A stretch of 64,000 bases of DNA. Origin: Acidilobaceae archaeon (GTDB taxonomy: Archaea; Thermoproteota; Thermoprotei_A; Sulfolobales; Acidilobaceae). The DNA lies in NCBI GenBank assembly GCA_038824665.1, contig JAWBBK010000001.1, forward strand, positions 1 to 64,000, in the 5' to 3' direction. Numbering within the stretch: the first letter of the stretch is position 1; each line of letters begins with the position of its first letter. A program made the translations under genes and the position numbers. This document shows positions 47,042 to 56,568 of the stretch, piece after piece. Under the pieces are notes generated by a model that saw nothing but the letters and a program-made list of their open reading frames with translations, was not told the origin of the DNA and did not search any database.

Positions 47042-47099
47042 AACCGCGCACCTTTGAAAAGAGTCCTGACACGCTCTAGCTTTTAATGTTTAACTACGG

Positions 47100-48308
47100 T
47101 TAGCTTCTCCTTTTCCGCACCTTCGCCTTAGCCTCCTTGCTTTCCTCTTCTTTTTCTCTCTTCTCAACTACAGCTATCCCAGCTCCTATCAGCTTCCTGA
47201 AGACCTCGTCGAGGAACCTGATGTAAACTCCCTTCTGACCTAATGCTGCTCCCATAGCATCTCCGGTCACAGTTAACCTTACTCTGTTGCCAGCGAAGTC
47301 TGCCTCGACTATGTGTTTGTAAACCCAGGCTACGGGATGCACAGCTCTAACTATTTCTCTTAAGTCCAGAGTGTGCTCTATAGCCCTTATGCTCACGCCT
47401 ACCTCTTTCTCCATCTTCTGTACTCTCTCTCCTCCCGCTCCTACAAACCTACCTACGTGTCCTTCTTTGGTGATAACTAAGACTCCTGGCACATGTTGAG
47501 CCGTTATCTCGTACTTCTTCTTCAATCCTTCTATGTTGAGCACCGTTACCACATCTGCGTCAGGAGCGTAGATTCTAGCCGCGTCTCTTACTCTAGACTC
47601 AAGTTCATCCAGAGGTCTCTTCCTCATCTGGAATTCCAGCAAGAGCTTGATTCCCTTCTTAGCTCCCGGTCTTACTATGTCTCTTAGACCCAGGTCTACC
47701 ACTACTGCTGACTCCTCGCCGAGAAGTATCTCTCTAGCCAAGGTTGCTCCATCTCTATCGCCGAACCTCTGAAAGACTGGGTCTCCAGCTATTATCAACT
47801 TGCTTTTCCTGCCCATTCTCGTTATTATTTCAACTATGGTCTCTGCCGAGGTCCCTTGAGCATCATCAACAATTATAACTGACTCGTCAAACGTTCTCCC
47901 TCTGAGGAAGTGAGGATCAGCTAGTACTAGCTTCCCTGAAGCCATAAGCTCGTCAAGAGCTACGGGGTCTGCAAAGCCCGCTAGGATGTCTCTCAGGTAG
48001 TCGCTAGCGTGCTTCACGTATGCCTGAGGGTCGCTGAAGAGAGTTATCTCTCTTCCTGTCACCACGTCTACTATTGGTCTCGATAAGACCATCCTCTTGT
48101 AAAGTCCTCTCACAGTAGCGCTTAATCCGTATGATATAGCGAACAAGCTCTTTCCCGTGCCCGTAGGTCCGAAGACTCCGATTATCTCCTTCTCTGAAAC
48201 CAGAGCTTTCTTGAACTCCTCCTGACCCAAACTCTTTGGCTCGAGCTTCTCGAAGAGTTCCGCTATGCTCTTATTCTCAAAGGCTTCGGGTTGTCTCGAT
48301 CCGCTCAA
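47100..48308 (-). CDS. PhoH-family ATPase with C-terminal KH domains
   Basis: GPTGTGKS, LSRP, LRGRTF, DDAQ, TRMG, GDP..Q; GRFVGAGG and GAALGQKG KH loops. Confidence 0.88.
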   Translation of the reverse strand: MSGSRQPEAFENKSIAELFEKLEPKSLGQEEFKKALVSEKEIIGVFGPTGTGKSLFAISYGLSATVRGLYKRMVLSRPIVDVVTGREITLFSDPQAYVKHASDYLRDILAGFADPVALDELMASGKLVLADPHFLRGRTFDESVIIVDDAQGTSAETIVEIITRMGRKSKLIIAGDPVFQRFGDRDGATLAREILLGEESAVVVDLGLRDIVRPGAKKGIKLLLEFQMRKRPLDELESRVRDAARIYAPDADVVTVLNIEGLKKKYEITAQHVPGVLVITKEGHVGRFVGAGGERVQKMEKEVGVSIRAIEHTLDLREIVRAVHPVAWVYKHIVEADFAGNRVRLTVTGDAMGAALGQKGVYIRFLDEVFRKLIGAGIAVVEKREKEEESKEAKAKVRKRRS

Positions 48309-48696
48309 CCTCCCACCCTGTGGTCCGCCTTCCAGCTATTCCGACAGATTTATCTCTTCTGAAATTGAATAAGACTCGCTTTCAGTCTTCTCTGAGATCC
48401 TTTATAGCTGTCTCGTTTATCCTCTCCTGAGTTCTGCGTTACGTTATACATCCCAAAAAGCCGTGCATGTCCCTAAGACAAGTCCATAAAGATCAAAGAT
48501 CTGAGAGGCTTTGTTCTTCTAAGAGAGATAGCGAAGTCCAAAGGCTCAACGCTAAAGAGGTCAGCGTGTGTCTGCTACCCAGAACTCGACGAATTCTGAG
48601 AAAGGCCGTTAGAGAAGATCGAAAGCGTGTTCTATAGAGGCAGTCAGAAGGTTGAAAAGGACGCACAACGTTGAAGTTCTCAAGGAAGCGCTGGAG

Positions 48697-49290
48697 ATGT
48701 CTGAAAAACTAAAGGTAGCAGTGGGTAGTCTCAACCCAGTCAAGATCAGAGCTGTGGAGAGGGTTTTCTCTCGATACTATGATGTGATAGTTGAAGGAGT
48801 TCCTGTAAAGACAAGCGTTGGACCACAGCCTGTAGGCTCTCGGGATGTGTTGCTAGGAGCTCTTGAAAGAGCTCTAGGAGCTCTAACTCTTGCGAGTTCA
48901 GACTTAGGGGTTGGAGTCGAGGCCGGTCCTATAGAGTTCTATTCCAGCTCTGGCTTTTTGGAGGTCGAGATAGCTGCAGTTATCGATAGACGTTGTAAAG
49001 TTAGCTTAGGACTCAGCGCCGGTTTCGAACTAGATCCGACTGTGATCACAGCCATGGCTTTAGGCAGAGAACTCTCAGACGCAGTCTCAGTGAATCGAGG
49101 AGTTAAAGACTTAGGGGAGAGCATAGGATATATCGGATACCTCAGCTGGGGGACTCTGACGAGACAGGAGTTAACGGAACAAGCCGTTCTCATGGCTTTG
49201 CTACCTAGGCTCAATGGAGCTAGCTGGCTCGTCAGCCTAGAGGAGCTAAGTCGTAGAGCTAGTCTCGATATGAGATGTTCCTACGGTTAG
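48697..49290 (+). CDS. yjjX: Inosine/xanthosine triphosphatase (YjjX family)
   Basis: VAVGSLNPVKIRAV, QP.G, GVGVEAG, G.IG.L....LTR. Confidence 0.92.
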   Translation: MSEKLKVAVGSLNPVKIRAVERVFSRYYDVIVEGVPVKTSVGPQPVGSRDVLLGALERALGALTLASSDLGVGVEAGPIEFYSSSGFLEVEIAAVIDRRCKVSLGLSAGFELDPTVITAMALGRELSDAVSVNRGVKDLGESIGYIGYLSWGTLTRQELTEQAVLMALLPRLNGASWLVSLEELSRRASLDMRCSYG

Positions 49291-50048
49291 ATAGTAGGAG
49301 CTAAGAGATACCTCACTAGAGACCCATCGGGACTCTTGAACTTGAGCTCCAAAGGCTTCTCCGTTGAGAAGCCAACCTCTAGAGTGTCAGCTACGCCAGA
49401 CAGAGCTGTGACTCTGCTCACATAAGACGTATCGTACTTCGATGAAGACTCCTCTTCTACCTCTAAAAACAGAAGAGCTGAAGTCTCTCGAGTGAACCGC
49501 GCTAATACCTTCTTCTCCAGAGCGCCTATAACTAATTGTTCTTCGTCTGCTTTAAGCTCCAACACGTCTGAGACTCCCTCAATATCCTTCACCGCTTTCT
49601 TAAAGGCATCAGATATGAGGAGAGCTCTAGCTTTGTGCTCAAGTTTCACTTCTTCCGGCACGCTTACAGAGACCTCTAGGTTCGGGAGCACGTAGCGCTT
49701 GATCGTGATGCCTTCGATCGAGACCAGAACTCTATTGGAAGCCACTCTGAACTCTATTGGATTGCCCTTCTTGGCTACAACTATACTCTTCAATGTGTCT
49801 AGGTTAAGACCCATCTCTACAGAGTCTTCTTTCAGCTCGTATTCGAGAAAGGCTTCTCTAGGCATAAAGACCTCGATGTAAGATATCTTAGCGGGGTCCA
49901 TTCCTCTTACTCTCATCCCCTCTTCAGTTATAGAGAAGAGGGCTTCGTCCATTATCTCTACGAGCGCGCTCACAAATCCCGAGAAGACTTTAGCGTCTGG
50001 GTACTTTATGACCGCTTTAGGCTCCTCAACCTCTTCTAAAAGACTCAA
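49287..50048 (-). CDS. pcn: DNA polymerase sliding clamp PCNA (one crenarchaeal paralog)
   Basis: MDPAKIS, F.EY, C-terminal YLLAP; 253 aa. Confidence 0.93.
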   Translation of the reverse strand: MSLLEEVEEPKAVIKYPDAKVFSGFVSALVEIMDEALFSITEEGMRVRGMDPAKISYIEVFMPREAFLEYELKEDSVEMGLNLDTLKSIVVAKKGNPIEFRVASNRVLVSIEGITIKRYVLPNLEVSVSVPEEVKLEHKARALLISDAFKKAVKDIEGVSDVLELKADEEQLVIGALEKKVLARFTRETSALLFLEVEEESSSKYDTSYVSRVTALSGVADTLEVGFSTEKPLELKFKSPDGSLVRYLLAPTI

Positions 50049-50095
50049 GCCCTCTCCCGCCTCCTTTAGAGGCTCTGAATTAATAAGCTAGATAG

Positions 50096-50707
50096 CTAGC
50101 CTTCTATTAGAACCCAAGAGCTCTTCTTGTGGTCGTAGTAGACTAGTCCTGATCTCCTCAAAAGGTCGAAAAGTCTCCCATAAGCTCCGAGAGCTGAAAC
50201 TGCCTCTGTGGGATCGCCAACCTTAAGGCTCTCGAGACGCTTCTTAAACTCCTCGTAAGACTCTTCGCTCATCACCGCTAGGTCGCCACCTACGTTTAGA
50301 ACCTTGTAGCCCTCTTCAGTTGCGAGTCTCAACACCTCTTCAGGTCTAGCCTTGAGTTTCTTGATTGCCTCACTGAGGAGCATGTATCCGCTCTCCCCTA
50401 AGGCTACCGAGAGCAACGCTTCGCGTCCTCCTCTCTTACTCCCTTCGAAACGTCCCTTCTCGGCCTTGCTCTTAGCTAGCTCTTCTTTTATTTCCTTGAG
50501 TTCTGCCTCTATAGACTCTAGCGCTTCTCTTATCCTCCTGAGTTCTGCCATAACCCCTCTGCTGACTAAGAGAGCTGCCTTCTCAGCAGCCATGTTAACA
50601 GCTTTCTCCAACCTGTCGTCCTTCTGAGGCATCTTGACTTTCTTTACATCCTCGTTGCTCACTACACTGGATCCCAGACCTGTAGAAAACACAGAGAAGT
50701 TATACAC
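50096..50707 (-). CDS. Hypothetical protein: coiled coil plus putative winged-helix C-terminus
   Basis: Heptad segment ELRRIREALESIEAELKEIKEEL; C-terminal LFDLLRRSGLVYYD..W; start likely further downstream (e.g. ATG 50632). Confidence 0.7.
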   Translation of the reverse strand: MYNFSVFSTGLGSSVVSNEDVKKVKMPQKDDRLEKAVNMAAEKAALLVSRGVMAELRRIREALESIEAELKEIKEELAKSKAEKGRFEGSKRGGREALLSVALGESGYMLLSEAIKKLKARPEEVLRLATEEGYKVLNVGGDLAVMSEESYEEFKKRLESLKVGDPTEAVSALGAYGRLFDLLRRSGLVYYDHKKSSWVLIEG

Positions 50708-50710
50708 AGA

Positions 50711-51973
50711 CTAGGAGGACTCTATGTACTCTATGAGTTGTTCTGTATACTCACTGGTCCTCAAAGCTGTAGCTCCGCTAATATGTCTTGCTAGGTCTTG
50801 AGTCACTTTCTTTTCCGCTATAGCTCTTCTTATTGCTCTCTCTACTAGCTCGTTGACTTCCCTCCACCCAAGGAAGTAGCCGACAAGAAGCGAGGCTGAC
50901 AGAACAGCTGCAGTAGGATTGGCTACGTCTTTACCTGCATACTTAGGAGCACTTCCATGAACGGGCTCAGCTACAGCTATCCCGTCTCCCATGTTGAGCC
51001 CAGGAGCCATTCCTATGCCTCCCTCTAAAGCTGCTACCATGTCCGTTATCACGTCACCAGCTACGTTGGGAGTCACGAGAACTTCGTAATCCCATGGTCT
51101 CGTTATGAGCTGTTGAAGCATATTGTCGGTTATCCTGTCGTTCACTAAGATCTTATCTTGAGGAAGAACTCCTCCGTAGATAGTGTTCAGTTCCTCTTCA
51201 GTGACTACGTACTCTCTGAACTCCCTGAGGATAACCTCGTAAGCCCACCTGACGAATGCTCCTTCAGTGTACTTCATCACATTGCCCTTGTGAACTATCG
51301 TGACCCTCTTGTTTCCGTTGGCTAAAGTCCACTTTAGCGCTGCTCTCACTATCCTCTCAGTGCCGAACTTGCTTATCACCTTCAAGCCAAGTCCAGCATC
51401 ACTTCTCACGTTTATCCCGAACCTTTTTCTTAGGAAGTCTCTGAGTTCTTCAGCTTCAGGGCTGTCGTTCTGCCACTCTATACCTACATAGAGGTCTTCT
51501 GTGTTCTCCCTGAATACAACAACGTTGAGTTTATCGGCGTAGACAAAAGGAGCAGGTTGTCCATACCATTTGGTTGGTCTTACGTTAGCATAAAGGTCCA
51601 GAGCTATCCTTAGGGCCACATTGACGCTTCTCCAGCCTGTTCCTACAGGGGTGGTCATAGGACCCTTAAGCCCTGCTCTAAGCACACGAAGAGCCTCTAC
51701 AGTTACGCTAGGAAGACGTTCTCCACAGACTTCCTGAGCTTTTTCACCAGCGAGAAGTTCTAGCCATCTTATTCTCCTCCTGCCTCCGTAGGCCTTTCTT
51801 ACAGCTGCGTCTACAACTCTAATGGCGCTAGACACTACCTCAGGACCTATGCCATCTCCCTCTATGAACGCTATGATAGGTTCGTCAGGAACAGTTAGCT
51901 TACCGCCTTCGTATTTAATCAACGAACTCTCCTCAAGAGCTGGGAGGTCGTGTGCCTCGCAGATCTTGGTCAA
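50711..51973 (-). CDS. icd: Isocitrate dehydrogenase (NADP, bacterial-type)
   Basis: IEGDGIGPE, KGPMTTPVG, FRENTEDLY, VHKGNVMKYTEGAF, HGSAPKYAG. Confidence 0.96.
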   Translation of the reverse strand: MTKICEAHDLPALEESSLIKYEGGKLTVPDEPIIAFIEGDGIGPEVVSSAIRVVDAAVRKAYGGRRRIRWLELLAGEKAQEVCGERLPSVTVEALRVLRAGLKGPMTTPVGTGWRSVNVALRIALDLYANVRPTKWYGQPAPFVYADKLNVVVFRENTEDLYVGIEWQNDSPEAEELRDFLRKRFGINVRSDAGLGLKVISKFGTERIVRAALKWTLANGNKRVTIVHKGNVMKYTEGAFVRWAYEVILREFREYVVTEEELNTIYGGVLPQDKILVNDRITDNMLQQLITRPWDYEVLVTPNVAGDVITDMVAALEGGIGMAPGLNMGDGIAVAEPVHGSAPKYAGKDVANPTAAVLSASLLVGYFLGWREVNELVERAIRRAIAEKKVTQDLARHISGATALRTSEYTEQLIEYIESS

Positions 51974-52159
51974 CCTACAGCCCCTCCCTTCAGCCTCCTG
52001 ACTGCCTTTCTTCTCAACTCAAATACCTTTGTCTCTGTGTCTTTTTCTCTTTCAGTCTTTTCCGTTCCGTTCCCACCGAAATCTAACAGATGCTAGACAC
52101 CACGTCACGGACATAATGTATTTAGGTAGAGGACTCCCTTCTTCTCGAGGAGAGTCAGT

Positions 52160-53446
52160 ATGAAGCGTTCCGGGGTCTGTGACGAGCTACTAGCCTTCGA
52201 TGACGTTGCTGTAATTCCGGGCAAAGCTTTTGTAGAGCCCGGACAGGTAGACATCAAGAGCAGATTCTCAAAAAACGTAGAACTTGAAATACCTGTCGCA
52301 TCAAGCCCTATGGACACTGTAACCGAATGGAGGCTAGCTTTAGCTTTAGCAAGAGCAGGAGCTCTAGGCGTGATCCATAGAAACATGAGCATCGAAGAGC
52401 AGGTTTCACAAACACTGAAGGTAAAGAGCGCTGAGCCAGAGCTGAACAGAGAAGTCCTCATAGCCTCAGGAGGTGATGTGGTTGAACTCATAGCCAGAGC
52501 TAAGAAAGAGGAGATAGCTTCAGCTCTAATCTTAGAGAGAGGAGAACCTATAGCTATCCTAGTCCTAGACGTAGGAGACGCTGAGTATTGGCTAGACAAA
52601 GCGTTAAGCGTGTCCAAGCTCGTGAAGCTACTTGGTCTCAAACCTTCTCTAGACGAGAAAGGCAGATTGAGAGTAGCCGTTGCAACAAGTCCTATAGATC
52701 ACGAAAGAATCAGGAAACTCGATTCTGCTGAGGTCGATGTCATTGTGATCGATGTTGCTCACGCTCACAACGAGAACGTAATATCGTCTCTGACCAAACT
52801 CTCCAAAGAGCTAAGAGCTGACCTCGTAGTTGGTAACGTAGGATCTCGAGAAGCCGTCATGGAGTTTCTCTCAAGAGTAGAGAAGGTGGACGCCTTTAGG
52901 GTAGGTATAGGTAGCGGTAGCATATGTTCGACAGCCGAGACCACTGGAGCCTATATGCCAACACTCACAGCAGTTATCGAGGCGAGGAGAGGGCTAGAGG
53001 AGATGGGGGCTTGGAAAAAAGTGCCCATCATAGCGGATGGGGGGATAAGAAGAACTTCAGATATAGTCAAGGCTATTATAGCTGGAGCCTCGTCTGTAAT
53101 GTCTGGAAGGCTCTTCGCTGGAACGGAGGAGTCAGCTGGACTGAAGATCAGAATAGGAGACAAAACTTACAAACAATACAGAGGAATGGCTAGCAAAGGA
53201 GCTATGGAGAAGAGATTTGCAAGCGACAGGTATTCGAAACCCTCTAAGGCTATAACTGAGGGAGTAGAAGGCTTAGTTCCTTATACAGGAAGTGTCTACT
53301 CGGTACTGGTTGAGATAGTTGCTGGTCTTAAGGCGGGTCTAGGCTATGCTGGAGCGAGAAAGATTGAGGAAGCCTGGAGCTGTAAGCTGGCTAGGCTGAC
53401 AGGCTCTGCTAGAACAGAAGCAAGACCTCATGATGTGGTTCTCTAG
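52160..53446 (+). CDS. guaB: IMP dehydrogenase (GuaB family)
   Basis: SSPMDTVTE, GVIHRN, IDVAHAH, GIGSGSICST, IADGGI, YRGMAS, EGVEG. Confidence 0.9.
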   Translation: MKRSGVCDELLAFDDVAVIPGKAFVEPGQVDIKSRFSKNVELEIPVASSPMDTVTEWRLALALARAGALGVIHRNMSIEEQVSQTLKVKSAEPELNREVLIASGGDVVELIARAKKEEIASALILERGEPIAILVLDVGDAEYWLDKALSVSKLVKLLGLKPSLDEKGRLRVAVATSPIDHERIRKLDSAEVDVIVIDVAHAHNENVISSLTKLSKELRADLVVGNVGSREAVMEFLSRVEKVDAFRVGIGSGSICSTAETTGAYMPTLTAVIEARRGLEEMGAWKKVPIIADGGIRRTSDIVKAIIAGASSVMSGRLFAGTEESAGLKIRIGDKTYKQYRGMASKGAMEKRFASDRYSKPSKAITEGVEGLVPYTGSVYSVLVEIVAGLKAGLGYAGARKIEEAWSCKLARLTGSARTEARPHDVVL

Positions 53447-53460
53447 ATCTGGGGAAGGAC

Positions 53461-54036
53461 GTGACGGTCGTTAAAGTCATCGTAACGAAGTTCGGTAGAC
53501 GCACTCTAAAAGTGGGTCCAGTTAAGTTATCCGTTCTTGAACCTATAGAGGTTCGCTCAGAACAATTTGAAGGAGATATAATTGAAGTCCTGGCTAGAAT
53601 CAGCGAATCTGAAGTTTTCAAGGAAGGAGTGGTATATGTAGTCGCTGAGATAATCGGAACAGGAGCCAGATTAGTCTATGGAGATACAAAAGAAAGAGGA
53701 AAGGAGAAAGCTCTCTTCCCTCGACCAGCCAAGTTGCTCGAAGTAGGAGCTGTCAGAATCAGTTCCCTGAAGTACGATCAAAAGCTTGGAGGCGTTGTCT
53801 TCAGAGAGAACGACGTAGAGTGGCACGTCGTAACGGAGAACGTATACGTATTCGACTCTTGTATAGAAGTCGAGGAAGGGGTGGCGTTCGTGGTCTTAAA
53901 AACGGATCTAGGCAAGGCTGTAGTCAAAACCTTAGATCTTTCGAAGAGCGAACTATTCTCTCAGCTTCAAGAAAAACGAGCTGAAGAATTTCCTCTCGGT
54001 GAGATCGAATCAAATGAAGGAAGTAACCCCTCTTAG
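53461..54036 (+). CDS. Hypothetical protein
   Basis: 191 aa ORF co-oriented with guaB, SD-like GGAAGG upstream. Confidence 0.65.
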   Translation: MTVVKVIVTKFGRRTLKVGPVKLSVLEPIEVRSEQFEGDIIEVLARISESEVFKEGVVYVVAEIIGTGARLVYGDTKERGKEKALFPRPAKLLEVGAVRISSLKYDQKLGGVVFRENDVEWHVVTENVYVFDSCIEVEEGVAFVVLKTDLGKAVVKTLDLSKSELFSQLQEKRAEEFPLGEIESNEGSNPS

Positions 54037-54229
54037 TATCGAAGTCTCTGCCGCAGAGAGAACATCTGAAGAGGAAAGCTCTGGGAGGTCTGAGCTGAAG
54101 TCCTACGTTTCTGACAGCTTCTAGGACGTGTTCAGATAACAGTGGACTGTAGTAGTCCTCAGGCTCAGTTATACTCGACGCTATCAATGAAGCTCCTCTG
54201 ATTATCTCCTTCTTAGTTTGGTTCTCCAA
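53924..54229 (-). CDS. Small C2H2 zinc-finger protein
   Basis: FRCSLCGRDFDTKRGYFLHLIRSH. Confidence 0.75.
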   Translation of the reverse strand: MENQTKKEIIRGASLIASSITEPEDYYSPLLSEHVLEAVRNVGLQLRPPRAFLFRCSLCGRDFDTKRGYFLHLIRSHREEILQLVFLEAERIVRSSKDLRF

Positions 54230-54269
54230 GACTTGTAGCCCTCAAAGACCTTATCTCCGCTACAGGAGT

Positions 54270-55070
54270 TCACGGATAAAGCCTACTGAGAGTTCTAAGC
54301 TTTCCATCTTCGATCAAAATAGGAGTTATCTCTACATAGGACTGTAAGATCGTGCCCCTTATCTTGGGAAGTAGTACGTGTTCTATCTGGAAGAAGCCCG
54401 CACTACTATCCATGTAGACCTTAATGTGAATAGGTCTTTCTCCTCTATCTACCTCAACTCTCTTTATGCTAAGAGCCGAGAGAGCATGCATGTCGGTTTT
54501 GCCTCTACTGTATGGAACTCGAGCTCTTCCTTCAGCCATGTCTGTACCGTCCGCTATCTTTACTATGCTCGACTCTACTGTCAAAGCGCTCACTCCCGGA
54601 GCTGAGGAATAGACTATGTTGGCGACCTCGCTCGCCATTCTGTAATAAAGCCTAGGATCCTCGTTTGGGAACACTGTAGAAACGACTCTCTTGGTTATAT
54701 CGTAAGCTAATAGGGCTCCGAGTTCTTCATGACCATGTCTGTGTATAGCGTTACCTATGTCATGTAGAGCCGCACCTAGCAAAAGAATCGCCTTAGAGTG
54801 CTCTACGCTTTTCACTACCCCTTGCGCGAGACTTGATGGAGTGAGGCCTTCATTCGTCAAAAGGTCAAACATAAGAAGAGAAACGCCTGATACGATGGCT
54901 ACATGTACAGGACCGTGGTCGTTGTAGAGCATTCTCAAAACTGCGTTCACGTTCGACATCCTGATCAGCTCTTGAATTTCTATATCATCGACTATGACTC
55001 TCCACGTCTTAGCTACAACAGGATCTCTTCGAGAGTACTCTTCTATGAGATGTGGACCTACGATTGGCAA
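54270..55070 (-). CDS. HD-domain phosphohydrolase
   Basis: YNDHGPVH, LHDIGN.IHR..H, ADGTDMAEGRAR. Confidence 0.92.
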   Translation of the reverse strand: MPIVGPHLIEEYSRRDPVVAKTWRVIVDDIEIQELIRMSNVNAVLRMLYNDHGPVHVAIVSGVSLLMFDLLTNEGLTPSSLAQGVVKSVEHSKAILLLGAALHDIGNAIHRHGHEELGALLAYDITKRVVSTVFPNEDPRLYYRMASEVANIVYSSAPGVSALTVESSIVKIADGTDMAEGRARVPYSRGKTDMHALSALSIKRVEVDRGERPIHIKVYMDSSAGFFQIEHVLLPKIRGTILQSYVEITPILIEDGKLRTLSRLYP

Positions 55071-55355
55071 GTCCTGCTCCTAGAAGTCTTCATTAAACGG
55101 ACCGTTTTCTTCTTGATGTTTTAGGAAGCGTTTATAAATGTTGTTTTCTGTCATGTCTACACGAGATTGTTCCACGTAGTGATGAGAATACGGTTCTGAA
55201 CTAGCTAGTAAAGTAAAATTGAATGGAAACTCCTGTGTCATTTCTGTTGTCTATGAGCTGTCTATGAGTCTTCATATGTGAGACTAGGTCTTGATATGAA
55301 CGACGAAAATTAATATCTGAGGACAAACGATAGAGAATGTTTGTCTCTAAATGGT

Positions 55356-56444
55356 CTAAATAGGAATGACAGGAGTTTCGCCAAAGAGCTTAAGAGCCAC
55401 CTTGTCGCCAGGCTCTAGACCGGATACAGGGATCACTCTAACTCCCAGAGCCTTCTTCTTTGTCTTAGAATATGCTGCTACTTCCAGAACTAATCCAGCA
55501 ACTCCTTCTACGTCTGCAGGAACGGCAGCCATGTCCAATCCTGCTAGACACACGCCTGAAAGTCTGGCCAAGTCTCTAGCCGTCACCCCGCTTTCAACCA
55601 CTCTAAGCTTTAGTCTGGAGTCCTCGGCTACAGGAAGCTGAACTTCGTTATAGCCCAACGAAGGAATGTTTTTAGTTGCTCTCTCTAGAACGTCATTGAC
55701 AAGTCTGACACCCCAAGCGTAACCTGCTTTAGGCATCCTGACTCCGGCCACAGCTTCCGTAAGCCCTAAAGACGATTCGCTCATCCAAGGCGAGACGCTG
55801 AGATCTACGCCTCCAACTTCTGCTTTCAATAGTTTCGCTGCTCTCTCCGCAACGTCTATAGCGATTCTTCCCGCTCTGAGAACTGCGTTCTCAAGTTCTT
55901 CTAAACCCCCTCTCTGATAGGCTTCAAGGAGGTAGTTGGGATAGAGGAGCGAGACTGTCACAAAGTCGTGGTCTCCAGGAGAATAGGCTAGAGGGAAGTA
56001 GGGGGTCACTATGGGCTCTCCGAGAGTGTTGATCCCAACTCTTGTTGCAAAGTTTAAGTCTTCATCAGCGACCTTATGAATAGCTCTTGAGACTCTAAGA
56101 GCTGTGTCCCAGTCGTGAGCGTCTAGCAAAACCCCCACTGTAAGGTCTTGTTTAACAGCCTCTGAGACCGCTTCCTCTAGCTTCGAATGTGACGCTGGAA
56201 CGTTCCCTATAGAGGCCATCACTAGAGCTGGCTTCCTCTCGCTCAGCTTCTTGGCTAAGTCTGCTGGATTCACATCGAGAAGCGGGGGAAGGACTAGCCT
56301 AACGGTGTTGACTGTTACTCCTAGGTCTCTCTCTACCTCGTTCTTCACGTCGAGAAGTCTATAGGTCAGGTCTTCAACTCTTTCCCATCCCTCTTCAAAG
56401 GTTGCATGAGAGAGATGTAAGACTACAGCCCTCACTGCGAACAT
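55356..56444 (-). CDS. DUF711/UPF0210-family protein
   Basis: TPYFP, GVDLSVSPW, GYNEVQLPVAED, VCLAGLDM, LGVRVIPV. Confidence 0.85.
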   Translation of the reverse strand: MFAVRAVVLHLSHATFEEGWERVEDLTYRLLDVKNEVERDLGVTVNTVRLVLPPLLDVNPADLAKKLSERKPALVMASIGNVPASHSKLEEAVSEAVKQDLTVGVLLDAHDWDTALRVSRAIHKVADEDLNFATRVGINTLGEPIVTPYFPLAYSPGDHDFVTVSLLYPNYLLEAYQRGGLEELENAVLRAGRIAIDVAERAAKLLKAEVGGVDLSVSPWMSESSLGLTEAVAGVRMPKAGYAWGVRLVNDVLERATKNIPSLGYNEVQLPVAEDSRLKLRVVESGVTARDLARLSGVCLAGLDMAAVPADVEGVAGLVLEVAAYSKTKKKALGVRVIPVSGLEPGDKVALKLFGETPVIPI

Positions 56445-56568
56445 TTCTCCCGCCCTCTAAATCGAGCATTCATTAGGTTATATATGTACACTATAAGAGT
56501 TCCTGCTGAGAGAGTTATTACCAAAAACTAAATTTGGAAGCTGATCAGTAAACGCGGTGTTGAGACCT

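Noticed and set aside
52105-52641. 178-aa antisense ORF, and the many similar Ser/Leu-rich shadow ORFs in the track
   Set aside because: Antisense shadows of well-supported genes caused by codon bias
52430-52660. Novel insertion in GuaB
   Set aside because: Occupies the position of the CBS subdomain and is best read as a shortened, degenerate CBS region, a common variation
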